From the IMG/VR virus record IMGVR_UViG_3300037483_000883, positions 1-41,648 of that record: 41,648 nt of DNA; one strand, written 5' to 3'. Under the pieces are notes generated by a model. It did not search any database. It was not told the origin of the DNA and was given only the letters and a program-made list of their open reading frames with translations. Shown here piece after piece: positions 1 through 7,388 of this stretch. The position numbers were made by a program, and so were the translations under genes. Within the stretch, counting starts at the first letter, position 1. Each line of letters begins with the position of its first letter. This DNA comes from a virus. Taxonomy: Duplodnaviria; Caudoviricetes.

Positions 1-90
1 GGCGTCCCTGGCGGCGGCCCAGGCGGCGGCCCAGGCGGCGTCCCTGGCGGCGGCCCAGGCGGCGGCCCAGGCGGCGGCCCAGGCGGCGGC
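1..90 (-). repeat. 12-bp coding tandem repeat (TGGGCCGCCGCC / AGGGACGCCGCC)
   Basis: Directly visible ggcggcccaggc / ggcgtccctggc units encoding WAAA / RDAA. Confidence 0.9.
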
Positions 91-537
91 CCCTTCCTTC
101 TGCGCTGCTCTGAGCGGATCGAGCGCAGCCTCGAGCGACTCACGACTCACGACCGGCGGCAGCCCGCTGATCACCGTCGCGTGATGGCGCAGTGTCGGCG
201 ACAGCTCGAGGAACGCCGGCGTGAGCGTGCGGATGCACCAGTCCATCGCGAGGAACGCGCGCGCCTCCTCGACGCCCGGCGTCGACCGCGTGCCGATCAA
301 GCGCGGCAGGACAGGCTTGAGCAGCCTCGTCCGCTCGGCGTCGTCCGGCAGGCCGTCGTTCCAAGCCCGGACGAACGCACCCAGCGTCGGACAGGTGCAC
401 GACGGGTGATCGCTGTGCGGCTCGTTCGCCATCCAGGCGACGAGCTCCATCGCGCACACGCCCTCGGTGCGCGAGGTGTGTGAGCCGTGCGCGAGCACGA
501 CGTCGGCGAACGCGGGATCGATTGCGGGTTCAGTCAT
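1..537 (-). CDS. Phage hypothetical protein with C-terminal AAAW/AARD tetrapeptide repeats (runs off the window edge)
   Basis: Not in the ORF track; translated by hand from ATG at 537: MTEPAIDPAFADVVLAHGSHTSRTEGVCAMELVAWMANEPHSDHPSCTCPTLGAFVRAWNDGLPDD...GAAAWAAAWAAAWAAARDAAW. The start overlaps the DnaB stop (ATGACTGA); the frame is open to position 1. Confidence 0.85.
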   Translation of the reverse strand, partial: MTEPAIDPAFADVVLAHGSHTSRTEGVCAMELVAWMANEPHSDHPSCTCPTLGAFVRAWNDGLPDDAERTRLLKPVLPRLIGTRSTPGVEEARAFLAMDWCIRTLTPAFLELSPTLRHHATVISGLPPVVSRESLEAALDPLRAAQKEGAAAWAAAWAAAWAAARDAAWAAAWAAARDA

Positions 538-1825
538 CGTTTCCTCCGTGCATGGGTTGGGGTACAGACTCCGCGAGCGCGTGGAAGCGCTGGTGCGCCT
601 GGTCGTAGCCAAGGACCCACGCGTGCCCTTTGCCGCCCTCGGAGTTCTTGGCGAGGATGACCTTGAGGCCCTCCGGGTCCGGGTGCAGTAGCAGGCCCAG
701 CTTGGTGACCTGCTCGAGCGCGCCGCTGTTGCGCAGGTCGCTCATCTGCGGCTCGCGGTTCTCTTTCACACAGTCGCGGTTGAGCTGCGAGAGCATCACG
801 CCAGCGCAGCCAAGGCCTGCGATGAGCGCGTCGAACTGGTTGCAGTTCTCCTCGACGATGTAATCCTTGTTGTGGCCAGCGCCGGGCAGCGGGACCTTCT
901 GCACGTAGTCCATGCCAACGACCTCAACCGGGTGGCGGTGCGCGATCGCGCGCACCGCGCGAACACCATCGGCGAGTGGTCGGCCGTGCATGTGCACGAC
1001 GTGCACGCGCTCATCCTCGGGCCCCGGCTGAGCCTGCTCGAGCGCGCGGCGCTCGAAGAGGTTCAGGTTGCGGCGCCGGATCTTGCCACCGTCGACGCTC
1101 GCCAGGTCTGCCAGCGATCGCCGTCCAAGTGTGCGCGCGACATCCTCCCAGAGCAGAATCACCGCGTGCTTACCGCTGAGCCGCACGATGCCCCGTACGA
1201 TCGCCAGGAAGAGCGACGTCTTGCCCACGCTCGGGCGCGCGCCGATGGTCGTCACCGTGCCACGTGGAACCTCGATGCCGGGCACGCCGGTGTCGATGAG
1301 GTCCGACGGCGCTGACAGGTCGAGCGCTACCCGGGCCGCGTCGCGGATCGCGGCGCCGAGCGTGATCGCGTGCTGCCGGCCGGCGCCCTCGATGCGATCG
1401 AGCAAGCCCACGAGCTCGTCGCGTAGCTCGTCGCCCTGAAACTCACGCTCGAGCATGCGCGGCACGTCGCCGACGAGCATCAGCACCTCGCGGCTCACGT
1501 AGTGCCGGCGGACGGTGTCAGCGTAGGCCTCGGCGTTGCTCGGCAGGCCGCGGTCGCCAAAGCCCGTGATTCCCGAAAGCCCCCCGACCAGCTCGAAGCG
1601 CCCGGCGCGCTTTAGCGCATCCTCGAGCGTGAGGTCGTCGATTGGCTTGCCGGCCCTCGCCAGCTCCTGCATCGCCTCCCAGAGAGCACGCCCCTGGGGC
1701 GAGTAGAACGTCCGTGGCTCGAGCTCGAGCCAGCCGGCGATCTCGGGCTGCCGCAACGTCGCGCCGATGACGCCGCGCTCGGCGTCGATGTCGCACGGCA
1801 GGTGCGTGTGCTCTGCGCGGGTCAA
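530..1825 (-). CDS. dnaB: Replicative DnaB-like helicase
   Basis: N-terminal P.DIDAERGVIG...FY motif, Walker A GARPSVGKT, DYVQ, LSQLNR, P.MSDLRNSGALEQ, ILAKN. Likely TTG start at 1825 overlapping the upstream stop. Confidence 0.93.
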   Translation of the reverse strand: MTRAEHTHLPCDIDAERGVIGATLRQPEIAGWLELEPRTFYSPQGRALWEAMQELARAGKPIDDLTLEDALKRAGRFELVGGLSGITGFGDRGLPSNAEAYADTVRRHYVSREVLMLVGDVPRMLEREFQGDELRDELVGLLDRIEGAGRQHAITLGAAIRDAARVALDLSAPSDLIDTGVPGIEVPRGTVTTIGARPSVGKTSLFLAIVRGIVRLSGKHAVILLWEDVARTLGRRSLADLASVDGGKIRRRNLNLFERRALEQAQPGPEDERVHVVHMHGRPLADGVRAVRAIAHRHPVEVVGMDYVQKVPLPGAGHNKDYIVEENCNQFDALIAGLGCAGVMLSQLNRDCVKENREPQMSDLRNSGALEQVTKLGLLLHPDPEGLKVILAKNSEGGKGHAWVLGYDQAHQRFHALAESVPQPMHGGNDD

Positions 1826-2682
1826 ATCCCCGCCTCCGAGGGCGAGACTACCCGGGCGACAGGATGGGCCGAGGCGTGGGTCCCGTTGACCGGCTTCTCG
1901 ACGACAACGCGCACGTCCTCCTCGAGGTACTTGCGGAAGTTCGAGAGGCGGAGCAGGACGCTCGGCTTGAGCTGGCCGCGCATGCGCTCGTCGGCATGCC
2001 ACTGCGGCGCCTTCGCGCGGATCACCGCGCGGACTTCCTCGACGCCGTAGCCCTGCTTAGCGAGCTTGGCGCAGTCGGCGAGGATGGCCTTCCCGGTGTG
2101 GTCGAAGCGTCGCCCGGTGATGCTTCGCAGTTCCTCGACAGCCGCAAACGCGAGGGCACCAGCGGGACGCTCTCTCTCGTTTTCTACGTCTTCCCGTTTT
2201 CTACGTATTCCGTTAGTGGATCGTTGCTTGGACGTCTCGCTGGACGTTGCTTGGATCGTTGCTTGGACGTCTCGCTGGACGTTGCTTGGATCGTTGCTTG
2301 GACGTCCAGGTCTATCGGTGCCCCAAAAAACCGCGTGCGCCGTTGAAGTTACGACCGTTCCAAGGTTGGACGTCTGCGACTCGATGAGCTGCCATCGGGT
2401 CAGACGTCTCAGGGCGTCGCGGATGGCCCGTTCCCCGGCCGGTCTCCCGTACACTCGGATCTGCGCCGCGAGCTCGCTCCGACCGACCACCGCCTGGCCG
2501 ACTCCGACAGCAAGACGGGCGCCGTGGCCAGGTGCTCGCTGCGTGTCCTCGCCGTCCGCGGCGTACCGCGCTCGGAAGACGATCCGCATGTAGACCGCGA
2601 GGGCCACCGCGTCGTCGAGGACCGGGTGATCTGCGAGCGAGCGCGGGATCGGTACCCAGCCGTCGGCCCAGGGGTCGCTCAC
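1822..2682 (-). CDS. Phage replication initiator (lambda O-type architecture; C-terminus resembles the Phg_2220_C conserved phage domain)
   Basis: N-terminal GWVPIPRSL + wHTH-like region, low-complexity linker with DNA repeats, C-terminal W..DERM...LKPSVLLR.SNF.KYL; directly upstream of dnaB; GTG start at 2682 overlaps the previous stop. Confidence 0.82.
   Translation of the reverse strand: MSDPWADGWVPIPRSLADHPVLDDAVALAVYMRIVFRARYAADGEDTQRAPGHGARLAVGVGQAVVGRSELAAQIRVYGRPAGERAIRDALRRLTRWQLIESQTSNLGTVVTSTAHAVFWGTDRPGRPSNDPSNVQRDVQATIQATSSETSKQRSTNGIRRKREDVENERERPAGALAFAAVEELRSITGRRFDHTGKAILADCAKLAKQGYGVEEVRAVIRAKAPQWHADERMRGQLKPSVLLRLSNFRKYLEEDVRVVVEKPVNGTHASAHPVARVVSPSEAGI
2217..2306. repeat. 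Iteron-like repeats (35-bp unit, ~2.6 copies, built of 11-12-bp TGGA-led subunits); putative replication origin
   Basis: tggatcgttgct-tggacgtctcgc-tggacgttgct at 2217-2251 and 2252-2286, partial copy to 2306; adjacent T-rich tract 2171-2216 with cgttttctacgt twice. Confidence 0.8.
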
Positions 2683-3263
2683 TTCGATGCTCCCTCGACT
2701 GCCGTGACGGCGTCCTCTATGACGCCAATGAGCTGTTCGATGCACTCGCGAGCGCAACGAACGTCGTCGGCGCGTATCTCAGACCCGGTGAACCGGAAGA
2801 CGGTGAGGCCCTGGCCGGCCATCCACCGGTCCCTCTTCCGGTCGTGCGCGAGCTGCTCCTTCGAGCTGTGGTAGTCGTGCCCGTCGCACTCGACGACCAG
2901 GGTGGCCGACTCGGGGCGACCGCGTCGCTGCATCCTGAGGACCAGGTCGGCTCGATATCGGCCAATCTTGCACTGCGGAATCAGGCAGAGAAGAAGGTCG
3001 CTGCGGGGGTTGCCCATTGCGGCAGGCTGCGGCCCTTGGAGCCTGACCCGCACGCAGCCCACTTCGAGGTCGAACTCTATGGCCTCCGTTTCGATCGCGC
3101 TCCAGTCCTGGACCAGCCCTTCGAAATCACGCACCATCACGAGCAGGAGGGCGGTGTGGAGAGCCTCCTCGATCGGCGAATCAAGCGGCGCCAGCGACGC
3201 CCGGCAGCACGCGGCGACGGCCTGCACGAATTCCTCGAGCCTCCCTCCGGCTAAGGCGTTCAC
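2679..3263 (-). CDS. DUF559 / Vsr-like endonuclease domain protein
   Basis: SPIEEAL...Q.KIGRYRADL...LVVECDGHDYH....QLAHDRKRDRWM...G.TVFRFTG. Confidence 0.85.
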   Translation of the reverse strand: MNALAGGRLEEFVQAVAACCRASLAPLDSPIEEALHTALLLVMVRDFEGLVQDWSAIETEAIEFDLEVGCVRVRLQGPQPAAMGNPRSDLLLCLIPQCKIGRYRADLVLRMQRRGRPESATLVVECDGHDYHSSKEQLAHDRKRDRWMAGQGLTVFRFTGSEIRADDVRCARECIEQLIGVIEDAVTAVEGASK

Positions 3264-3295
3264 GCGCGGCGCTCCCTGATGTACGCTCCGGGGCC

Positions 3296-3868
3296 ATGAG
3301 GACCTGGGCGGTGGTGGTGATCCTGGTGGTCGGGTGTGGCAAGACGGACGACAAGGCGCCGCCCGCTGAAGCGACGAGATCGACGCCGGCCGCGCCGGTC
3401 AAGGTCGAGGCGCCACCAAGGTCGACCTGTGAGCTGGCGGCCGAGCGTGCCGCAGCGATCCTGCTCGAGGCGAACGGGACAGCGCGCGAGCTCGAGGTCG
3501 GGGAGACCCGCGTGGCGATGCTCGAGGAGTGCTACCTTGCAGCCTGGACCGCCGAGGTCACGGGTTGCATCCTCAAGGCCTCGAGCTTGCCGTCGCTCAA
3601 CGAGTGCGAGGAGCTCCTCGTCCCAACGCGTGCCGCAGAGGTCCGCATCGACTATGCCGGGATCGTCGAAGAGGCCGGCGAGGACCTTGAGGTTCGAGCG
3701 GTGGGGTCCAACAACACGGTGCTGCGGTTCGCTTCCGAGGGGTGCGACGAGATCAAACTCCGGTCTCTCGTCACGGTGTTCGCGGACGTACTGCGCCCGC
3801 GCGGCTTCACCGGCGCCGAGTGCTACCGGCCAGCAGCCAGGCGCGTCGTCGCAACGTCCGACCTTTGA
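3296..3868 (+). CDS. Putative Cys-containing lipoprotein (moron-like, opposite strand to its neighbours)
   Basis: MRTWAVVVILVVGC lipobox-type signal, Pro/Ala linker, several spaced Cys. Confidence 0.7.
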   Translation: MRTWAVVVILVVGCGKTDDKAPPAEATRSTPAAPVKVEAPPRSTCELAAERAAAILLEANGTARELEVGETRVAMLEECYLAAWTAEVTGCILKASSLPSLNECEELLVPTRAAEVRIDYAGIVEEAGEDLEVRAVGSNNTVLRFASEGCDEIKLRSLVTVFADVLRPRGFTGAECYRPAARRVVATSDL

Positions 3869-3906
3869 GGACGTCGCCTTGTGAGCCCCCCGGCCCATGG
3901 CCGCCC

Positions 3907-4155
3907 CTACGCCGCCGCGTCCGGGGTTGGGGTCGGCGCGGGCTTCTCCTCGGTCAGGTCCGCGACGGACACTCCGAGCTGCCTGGCCAGCTTGGTGGCC
4001 AGAGCCAGGCTCAGCCCGCGAGAGCCCTTCTCGATCTTCGAGAGCTGAGAGAATCCAATTCCCACGCTATCGGCGAGCTGAGCCAAGGTGAGGTTCTGCT
4101 GCAGCCGCAGAACCCTGATACGACTACCCGCCTGTTCAGTGGTCACGCTTTTCAT
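3907..4155 (-). CDS. Cro-like XRE helix-turn-helix regulator
   Basis: RIRVLRLQQNLTLAQLADSVGIGFSQLSKIEKG..LSLALATKLARQLGVS; first gene of the operon leading to the replication genes. Confidence 0.9.
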   Translation of the reverse strand: MKSVTTEQAGSRIRVLRLQQNLTLAQLADSVGIGFSQLSKIEKGSRGLSLALATKLARQLGVSVADLTEEKPAPTPTPDAAA

Positions 4156-4157
4156 TT

Positions 4158-4204
4158 GCCATTTTGTACAAGCTCACGTCAACCTGATAGTTGGACAAAA
4201 TGGC
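4158..4204. promoter_or_regulatory. Operator-like inverted repeat in the divergent cro/repressor interval
   Basis: gccattttgtacaa (4158-4171) and ttggacaaaatggc (4191-4204) are a 13/14 inverted match with a 19-bp spacer; AT-rich island; TTGACG and TTGACA hexamers on the - strand nearby. Confidence 0.7.
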
Positions 4205-4253
4205 TAGCACGCTCATGCGAGCCTTTGGGCAGGTGTCAAAGCGCCCAAGGGAC

Positions 4254-4667
4254 ATGGCCCAGACGATCGACGAGGACTGGCTCGCCGAGCTCCGGGTCAA
4301 CCTCGAGCCGCATGGCTCGAAGATAGCGCTGGCGAGATCTCTCCGCGTCGAGCCCTCGCAGATCTCAAAGCTGTGGAAGGGCACGCACGCGCCCGCGCAC
4401 CTAGTCATCGAGGTGAGCAAACACTTCGGCATGATGCTGCCGGCGAGTTGGTTCGATCCGCGGGAGGCACGCGTGCTTCGCGCGATCCGCCAGGTGGAGT
4501 CGCTGCTAGAGGCGGCGCCAGATGCGAAACGACGGGCCGCTGGTGAGCAGTTGCTCGACGCGATGACCGACGACGTCGAGGAGAGCGCACGCTCGCTTCG
4601 TGAGCACCTGAGCGCTCTCATCCGTGAGTCGAACCGCCGCAAGCGCTTCGAAGATGACGGCAACTGA
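4254..4667 (+). CDS. CI-like repressor (HTH; no S24 peptidase domain evident)
   Basis: SKIALARSLRVEPSQISKLWKG HTH-like segment; divergent from the cro-like gene; ATG 4254 preceded by AAGGGA. Confidence 0.65.
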   Translation: MAQTIDEDWLAELRVNLEPHGSKIALARSLRVEPSQISKLWKGTHAPAHLVIEVSKHFGMMLPASWFDPREARVLRAIRQVESLLEAAPDAKRRAAGEQLLDAMTDDVEESARSLREHLSALIRESNRRKRFEDDGN

Positions 4668-4672
4668 CGCCG

Positions 4673-4732
4673 TTTGTACGATTTGTCCAATCACTGCTTG
4701 ACGACCCGGGGCGCGTTGTCCTATTTGTCAAA
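4673..4732 (+). promoter_or_regulatory. Putative promoter upstream of xis flanked by two pairs of tandem 9-bp TTTGTNCAA-like boxes
   Basis: tttgtacga-tttgtccaa (4673-4690), TTGACG at 4698-4703, gttgtccta-tttgtcaaa (4715-4732); same core as the 4158-4204 operator arms. Confidence 0.55.
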
Positions 4733-4734
4733 GC

Positions 4735-5193
4735 GTGGCGGAGCGAGCGAGCAACAACGTTTCCCCCTACCTCACCACCGCCCAGGCAGCCGCCTACCTG
4801 CAGCTCCGCTCGGCCTCGAGCATCCGCAACGCCATCGCGCGCGGAGAGCTCGTGCCCGACGGCCGCGGTGGTCGCAGCTACCTGTTTCTCCCTGCAACGC
4901 TCGACGCTTTCGCCCGCTCCCGCTTACCGTCCCGCGTGACGGCTGGCAGCGGTCCCGAGGAGACCTATGAAGCAACTCGGACCGAAGACTTGGATCGTCC
5001 GCGTGACGATCACCGACCCCAGGACGGGGAAGCGAAAGGACGTGAGGCGACGATGCAGAGGAACCAAACGAGACGCGGAGCGGTTTCGCGCCGAGCTCCT
5101 GGCCGAGCTCGAGGACGACAGCCCAAAGACGCGGCAGACCCTTTCGGCCTACGCGCGGCGCTGGCTCGAGGTCAAGGCGGGCGTCGTGGCTGA
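4735..5193 (+). CDS. xis: Excisionase-like (HTH_17/MerR-type) DNA-binding protein
   Basis: YLTTAQAAAYLQLRSASSIRNAIARGEL....GGRSYLF...LDAF; immediately upstream of, and overlapping, the integrase. Confidence 0.78.
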   Translation: MAERASNNVSPYLTTAQAAAYLQLRSASSIRNAIARGELVPDGRGGRSYLFLPATLDAFARSRLPSRVTAGSGPEETYEATRTEDLDRPRDDHRPQDGEAKGREATMQRNQTRRGAVSRRAPGRARGRQPKDAADPFGLRAALARGQGGRRG

Positions 5194-6127
5194 GACCACC
5201 GCGGAGATCTACCTGCGCGACCTCGAGGGCCACATCCTGCCGGCGCTCGGCGACGTCTTCGTCGCCGAGCTCCGGCCCGAGGACGTGCGGCGCTTCGTCG
5301 CCGAGCAGCAAGCGAGCTGCGCCTCGACGTCGGTGCGCAATCGGGTCGCGCTGCTCCGACAGCTCGCGGCCGACGCCTTGGCAGACGGCCACACCGATCG
5401 GCTCTTCACCGCCCGGGTGACAGCGCCGCCGGCGCGCACCTACGACGAGGACGAGCCGAACCTCTTCACGGCCGAGCAGGCTGCGAAGGTGTGGACCGAG
5501 ATCCCGGTGCTGTGGCAACCGCTCTACGCGTCGCTGCAGTGGTGCGGGCTCCGGTGGTCGGAGGCGACCGCGCTCCGGTGGGATGCGATCGACCGCGAGG
5601 CCGGCGTGCTCCGCGTGCTCCGGGTCAACGTCAAGGGCAAGGCCTTCGAGCGCACGAAGTCGAAGCGCGCGAAGCGGCCGATCCCGTTGCCGGCCGAGCT
5701 CGATGTCCTGCTCGAGCTACACCGGCGCCGGCTGATCGCGCTGCAGAACCCGGGGCTCGTCGCCGGCTGGGTGTTCCCGACCGGCGAGGGTAAGCTGCAC
5801 GCGGGCTACCCGCTGCTCAAGGTGGTGCGGCGCGCGATCGCCCGGGCCAAGGTCGACGTCGACGTCACAGTCCACGGGCTGCGGCGGACCTTCAACGACC
5901 TCACGCGAAAGATCGCGAGCGAGACCGTGGCGCGCGCGATCGTTGGGCACGCGACGCAGGAGATGACCTCGCACTACAGCGTGGTCCGTCTCGACGAGAA
6001 GCGAGAGGCGCAGACCAAGGTCATCGCCATCTCAACCCGGGCCGCTCAAGTGTCGGGCGGCCCGGCCGACTCTACCTGTGGCACTTCGAGTGGCACTTCC
6101 CCGGGTGGCAGCCCGGGCAGTGTCTAG
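4967..6127 (+). CDS. int: Tyrosine integrase
   Basis: Catalytic set GLRWSE (R), TKS (K), HGLRRT (HxxR), GH, HYS (Y); N-terminal arm-binding region; RBS GAGGAG; adjacent att core. Confidence 0.96.
   Translation: MKQLGPKTWIVRVTITDPRTGKRKDVRRRCRGTKRDAERFRAELLAELEDDSPKTRQTLSAYARRWLEVKAGVVAETTAEIYLRDLEGHILPALGDVFVAELRPEDVRRFVAEQQASCASTSVRNRVALLRQLAADALADGHTDRLFTARVTAPPARTYDEDEPNLFTAEQAAKVWTEIPVLWQPLYASLQWCGLRWSEATALRWDAIDREAGVLRVLRVNVKGKAFERTKSKRAKRPIPLPAELDVLLELHRRRLIALQNPGLVAGWVFPTGEGKLHAGYPLLKVVRRAIARAKVDVDVTVHGLRRTFNDLTRKIASETVARAIVGHATQEMTSHYSVVRLDEKREAQTKVIAISTRAAQVSGGPADSTCGTSSGTSPGGSPGSV
6078..6110 (+). repeat. Left arm-type integrase binding sites
   Basis: gtggcacttc at 6078-6087 and 6090-6099 (12-bp period), third gtggca at 6105-6110; all inside the int 3' end. 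Confidence 0.7.
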
Positions 6128-6167
6128 GACTAACCTGGCAACGATGCGAGAAGACTGGAAGACGACC

Positions 6168-6211
6168 TGGAGGTGCCACCCGGATTTGAACCGGGGATGG
6201 AGGTTTTGCAG
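6168..6211 (-). mobile_element. attP core: 3' half of a tRNA-Cys(GCA), from anticodon loop to CCA
   Basis: Reverse complement ctgcaaaacctccatccccggttcaaatccgggtggcacctcca = anticodon loop, T-arm (GGTTCAAATCC), acceptor 3' strand, discriminator U and CCA. The 5' half is absent. 40 bp downstream of int. Confidence 0.9.
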
Positions 6212-6245
6212 GCGTCTTCTAGCCCTAGCATCGATGCCCATTTCC

Positions 6246-6270
6246 GACGCTTAACAGGACGTTAGGCGTC
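6246..6270. promoter_or_regulatory. Inverted repeat in the right att arm
   Basis: gacgcttaac-aggac-gttaggcgtc, 9/10 match. Confidence 0.45.
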
Positions 6271-6309
6271 ACGGACCGTTGCCAGCCGTCACTGCGCAGC
6301 GGGCCAGAA

Positions 6310-6331
6310 GTGGCATCTTCTGTGGCACATC
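6310..6331 (+). repeat. Right arm-type integrase binding sites
   Basis: gtggcatctt (6310-6319) and gtggcacatc (6322-6331); same 12-bp period and orientation as the left arm pair. Confidence 0.7.
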
Positions 6332-6687
6332 GTGAGAGCAACGACGGGATCACCGTCGCCGAGACATTCGACCGCCGCGAGTCGATCGCGGACTACCTAG
6401 ACGAGCTCGTGGTCCCGGCCCCGGCCGGGCGGCTGACCGTGCTCCATGTCGCCGGACTGCCGGCCGACTGGCTCGAGGACTACGTCGCGACCCTCGAGCA
6501 GCGTGGCAGTATCACGCTCGAGCCGCGCCTGGTTCCGACCGGGACGTGCCGGGTCTACCCCAGCGCCTGCGGCACGTGGCCGGCGCCGTCCACGCCCGAG
6601 GGGCAGGTCCGCGTCGTCCTGGCTGGCAAGGTCCGGGACGCCACCGACGAGGAGCTGATCGCGCTCGCCGCCCGGGGTGCGCTGTGA
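6310..6687 (+). CDS. Hypothetical protein (start uncertain)
   Basis: GC3-biased ORF with ordinary composition; stop overlaps the next GTG. Confidence 0.6.
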   Translation: MASSVAHRESNDGITVAETFDRRESIADYLDELVVPAPAGRLTVLHVAGLPADWLEDYVATLEQRGSITLEPRLVPTGTCRVYPSACGTWPAPSTPEGQVRVVLAGKVRDATDEELIALAARGAL

Positions 6688-7001
6688 GCGGCCGCGGTGC
6701 GCAGGCGCGGCGCGGAGCTGGCTTGGCTCGCGTGAAGGCAGCGCTCGACCACCTGCAGGCCGCGCAGAACGAGATCCAGGCTGCGCAGCAGGACCTGAGC
6801 GCGGTCGTCGGGTACACAACCGAATGGACGAGGCTCGGCAAGCTGCACGATCGCATCCGCGACGACTGGTATAGACTCGAGGCCAAGCGCGGGAAGCCGC
6901 ACCGTGGCGTCGCCGGCCAACTCGATCACAGCAGCATCACTGCGGACGGCCACCCCCGCGAGGATGAACACCCGCACGCCGGGTGCCGAGGTCGCCGATG
7001 A
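6684..7001 (+). CDS. Hypothetical helical protein
   Basis: GTGA overlap at the start, ATGA overlap at the end; LARVKAALDHLQAAQNEIQAAQQDL coiled segment. Confidence 0.7.
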   Translation: MSGRGAQARRGAGLARVKAALDHLQAAQNEIQAAQQDLSAVVGYTTEWTRLGKLHDRIRDDWYRLEAKRGKPHRGVAGQLDHSSITADGHPREDEHPHAGCRGRR

Positions 7002-7388
7002 GCCGCGCCACCGGCAGCGCCCGCCCGGCTGGGTTCGGCCTCACCGTGAGGACCTCGAGCGGCCGCGAGTTCGAGGTCGAGCTCGACTACGACGACGACC
7101 GCGCGATGGTCGCCGGGCTCCTCGAGACCGTGGAGTACGTCGACGCGACCTTCGTCGGCTACGACGTGGCGCCGGTGCCGAAGGCGCGCACACCCAAGGA
7201 GCCGACCGCCAAGCCCGCGACCAGGGCGAAGCGCGCGGGGGGGGGGCAAGGTCCTGCCGACGTGCGGCCAGTGCGGTGGCGTCGGGCACAACATCAGGAC
7301 CTGCCCAGAGCGCGACCTGCAGGGCGTAGCGCCGGCCAAGACGCGGCTCGAGCAGATAGCAGCGCGCGCGAAGGGTGGTGCTGAGTGA
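6998..7388 (+). CDS. CCHC zinc-knuckle protein, frameshifted at a G10 tract (7237-7246)
   Basis: Frame from ATG 6998 reads to AKRAGG; the +1 frame after the tract reads GKVLPTCGQCGGVGHNIRTCPERDL...GAE* (stop 7386-7388, TGATG overlap with the next gene). Confidence 0.7.

Noticed and set aside
1-90. Diversity-generating retroelement VR/TR (unit variants differ at adenines)
   Set aside because: It is a short tandem repeat, not a separated ~100-bp TR/VR pair, and no reverse transcriptase is seen in the window.
1826-2002. N-terminal extension of DnaB given by the ORF track
   Set aside because: Overlaps the initiator's conserved C-terminus; a coupled TTG at 1825 with an upstream GGAGG fits better.
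2217-2306. CRISPR array or mini-array
   Set aside because: Repeats are contiguous with no unique spacers, lie inside a coding gene, and no cas genes are present.
6168-6245. Intact tRNA-Cys gene
   Set aside because: Only the anticodon loop to CCA is present; upstream bases (gacgc) cannot pair with the anticodon 3' strand (acctc), and no D-arm or acceptor 5' strand is found. It is an att core.
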